Notes under the pieces: generated by a model
Databases searched by the model: none
Told to the model about the DNA's origin: nothing
Seen by the model: the letters and a program-made list of their open reading frames with translations, nothing else
From: Haplodiscus bocki
Taxonomy: Eukaryota
Assembly: GCA_965655095.1 (NCBI GenBank)
Contig: OZ296657.1
Location: forward strand, 13,268,001 to 13,332,000
Direction of reading: 5' to 3'
Length of the DNA: 64,000 bases
Part shown: positions 61,940 to 64,000 of the stretch, in pieces
Numbering within the stretch: the stretch's first letter is position 1
Layout of the letters: each line of letters begins with the position of its first letter
Translations under genes and position numbers: made by a program

Positions 61940-64000
61940 AGTAGTATACAAACAAGCATATGACACCAGCCGCGGCGGCCGCACCACACCCCACACCGCG
62001 TCCAATAGCCCGTATAAGCCGTAATTTCTCAGAAAAGACGCAAGACGCAAGACGCGTCCAATAGCCCGTATAAGCCGTAACTTCTCAGAAGACGCAAGAC
62101 GCAGACGCAAAAATTATACTATGTCAATGGGGGTACACAGGAACGAAAATGTGAGTTTATAAAAATGTTTTTTCATCTATATATCAATGGGGTAGCACAG
62201 GAACGAAAATATAATTTTATAAAAATATTTTATCATCTATAAATCAACATGATAGCATAGGAAGGAAAACAAAATTTTTTTTTTCAGTGATTATGTTATA
62301 TACAAATACTAAATCAATTATGAGTATATATATATATACTTTTCTGAGAAAACGACTTATACGGGCTATTGGACGCGGTGTGGTGTGTGGTGCGATCCTT
62401 CTTGGCCGATGTCATATGCTTGTTTGTATACTACTATAAGATAACAAATATGATATTATACTCTTATTCATGTATGTATACTGAATATAATTACACGTAT
62501 AAGAGTATTTTTTTTCTTTGTCTTGTACTCTTATATTTGAATATGAATAATAAGATAAATTTATCGTTTTCTAATTTTTATTTAAAGTAATTGCTATAGT
62601 ATAATCTTATTTTAACAAATGTGATTATGTTTAATTATAAATTATACGATTAGTTATATATTCTCAAATATAATGACAAAATATTATTCCCATGGATTAT
62701 TTTCAATATTATTTATATAACATCGTTTATCATCGAAAATACTCAAAGCCGTCTTTTTAATTCCCTGCATAAACATGTTATGATTAATCGACTTTAAAAT
62801 ATAATTAATACATTCATTTTCTAATTCTTCGCCATCTAAACAGATTTTATATTCCTCGAATTTAAGATTTTTTGACTGAGACTTAGAAACACCCTTTAAT
62901 TTGTTTTTACTATCATTTCCACATTTAAAAGCATACATTTTACTTCTCAAACAAATAAATTCATCAATCCAAATATTTTTAGGAGTTTCTATCTTAAATT
63001 TGCCGATTACTTTTTTATTTTTATTACTGAATAAATCATGATTTTTATCTATGTTACTAAAATCAAATATTTCTTCTAAATATTTTAAATCTTTGGTAAT
63101 GTTTTGTGTTTTTAAACTTAATATGAATGCATCCGTATCAATATAATGTAATTGTATATTTTCTTGTCCAAAATATGGTTGTAGAATATCATAATAGGTT
63201 TCGTACATATGTAATTTTGATAATTCTAATACGCTGAATCCGAGATAAATTGGTTTATTCATAAGAACTTCATTTTGTTTGTGAGTATAACTATCACAAT
63301 TTTCATATGATTTATGAATGCCATTGAAAGTCAATTTAGATTGTTGTTTTATTATTTCTCTATAATCATCTTTTTTAATAAATTTTATTTTTAATCTGTT
63401 CCGAACATTTTCCATTGTTTTTCCATAAAAAGCATTGTTTAATAATTTGTAGAAATCTTTTTCAAAATCACTCACAGCTTGATTTCGTTTCATTGTATTA
63501 AAATTTATATATTTCTTTAACCAATTACTTTGTTTAAATGATATTATATCATGAACTTTATCAACTACCATACCCTGCCTAACATAAAATTTTAACATCC
63601 TATAATGAAGCAAATATTTTTTCTTACCAGACCAATCACATATTACTTTTTTAAAATGTATATAAGTATCAGGTTTAATTTCTTTCATATAATCACTAAA
63701 TTTATCAGGATTAATTTTTTTATTCATAGGAGCAAATGGAAAATTTTTTGTTTTTTGTTTTATATTATTAGAATATTTTAAATCAAATTCAATAAAATAT
63801 CCAATATCACTATCATCAGCTGTATTCATTATATCTTCTAATTTAAGAGTATTATCAATTTTAATTTCATCATAAGGTAAATATTGACTCATCGAGTGAC
63901 CATATAGATTATTAGCATCTACATATAATATCTTTTTATTATCATCTGATTTTTTATATCTATCACCCATAACACTGCTTATACCACCTCTAATATTATT
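61940..64000 (-). mobile_element. Polinton/adintovirus-like element C: terminus plus pPolB, continues beyond the window
   Basis: AGTAGTAT terminus at 61940, GACGCA repeats, ~56-bp tandem duplication (61997-62110), (A)TCAATGGGG..CACAGGAACGAAAAT repeats, then the pPolB 3' end. Confidence 0.85.
62684..64000 (-). CDS. Protein-primed family B DNA polymerase (pPolB), C-terminal polymerase domain; 5' part outside the window
   Basis: IRGG, YVDANNLYG, YKLLNNAFYGK, YIDTDAF, GKFKIE, LRSKMY, KLKGV, DDKR; no stops across more than 430 codons. Confidence 0.95.
   Translation of the reverse strand, partial: NNIRGGISSVMGDRYKKSDDNKKILYVDANNLYGHSMSQYLPYDEIKIDNTLKLEDIMNTADDSDIGYFIEFDLKYSNNIKQKTKNFPFAPMNKKINPDKFSDYMKEIKPDTYIHFKKVICDWSGKKKYLLHYRMLKFYVRQGMVVDKVHDIISFKQSNWLKKYINFNTMKRNQAVSDFEKDFYKLLNNAFYGKTMENVRNRLKIKFIKKDDYREIIKQQSKLTFNGIHKSYENCDSYTHKQNEVLMNKPIYLGFSVLELSKLHMYETYYDILQPYFGQENIQLHYIDTDAFILSLKTQNITKDLKYLEEIFDFSNIDKNHDLFSNKNKKVIGKFKIETPKNIWIDEFICLRSKMYAFKCGNDSKNKLKGVSKSQSKNLKFEEYKICLDGEELENECINYILKSINHNMFMQGIKKTALSIFDDKRCYINNIENNPWE

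Noticed and set aside
61940-62435. Stand-alone MITE with TSD
   Set aside because: The 6-bp flanks do not match; kept only as an unexplained inverted terminus.

Overview
AT-rich eukaryotic (probably invertebrate animal) scaffold made almost entirely of nested mobile elements, with three N-gaps and no convincing host protein gene. The centre is a 23.2 kb Gypsy/Metaviridae LTR element on the minus strand (28111-51328; ~1.84 kb LTRs, TG..CA ends, 4-bp TSD ATAC), now pseudogenised. Beyond gag and PR-RT-RH-IN it carries a TARG1/OARD1-type macrodomain between protease and RT, a chuvirus-like class III glycoprotein as env, a TRAF coiled-coil + MATH gene, a pre-gag membrane-protein region and an open antisense ORF. 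Its RT is split by a ~5 kb insert: an L1/Tx1-like RT fragment plus a piece of a U2 snRNA tandem array, in which one U2 copy is interrupted by an intact U2-targeting RLE non-LTR element (Utopia/NeSL-like, ~1050 aa) whose 5' leader resembles U2 lacking the target site. The Gypsy appears to sit inside an older, decayed plus-strand Gypsy. The flanks hold Polinton/Maverick (adintovirus-like) remnants: a right end with MCP and protease (1-2828), two decayed homologous copies in opposite orientation (~6280-17330), and a fresher copy with an AGTAGT terminus and open pPolB (61940 to window end). MITEs, MULE-like remnants and a palindromic 61-bp tandem repeat are also present. All protein assignments come from manual motif recognition; no searches were run.
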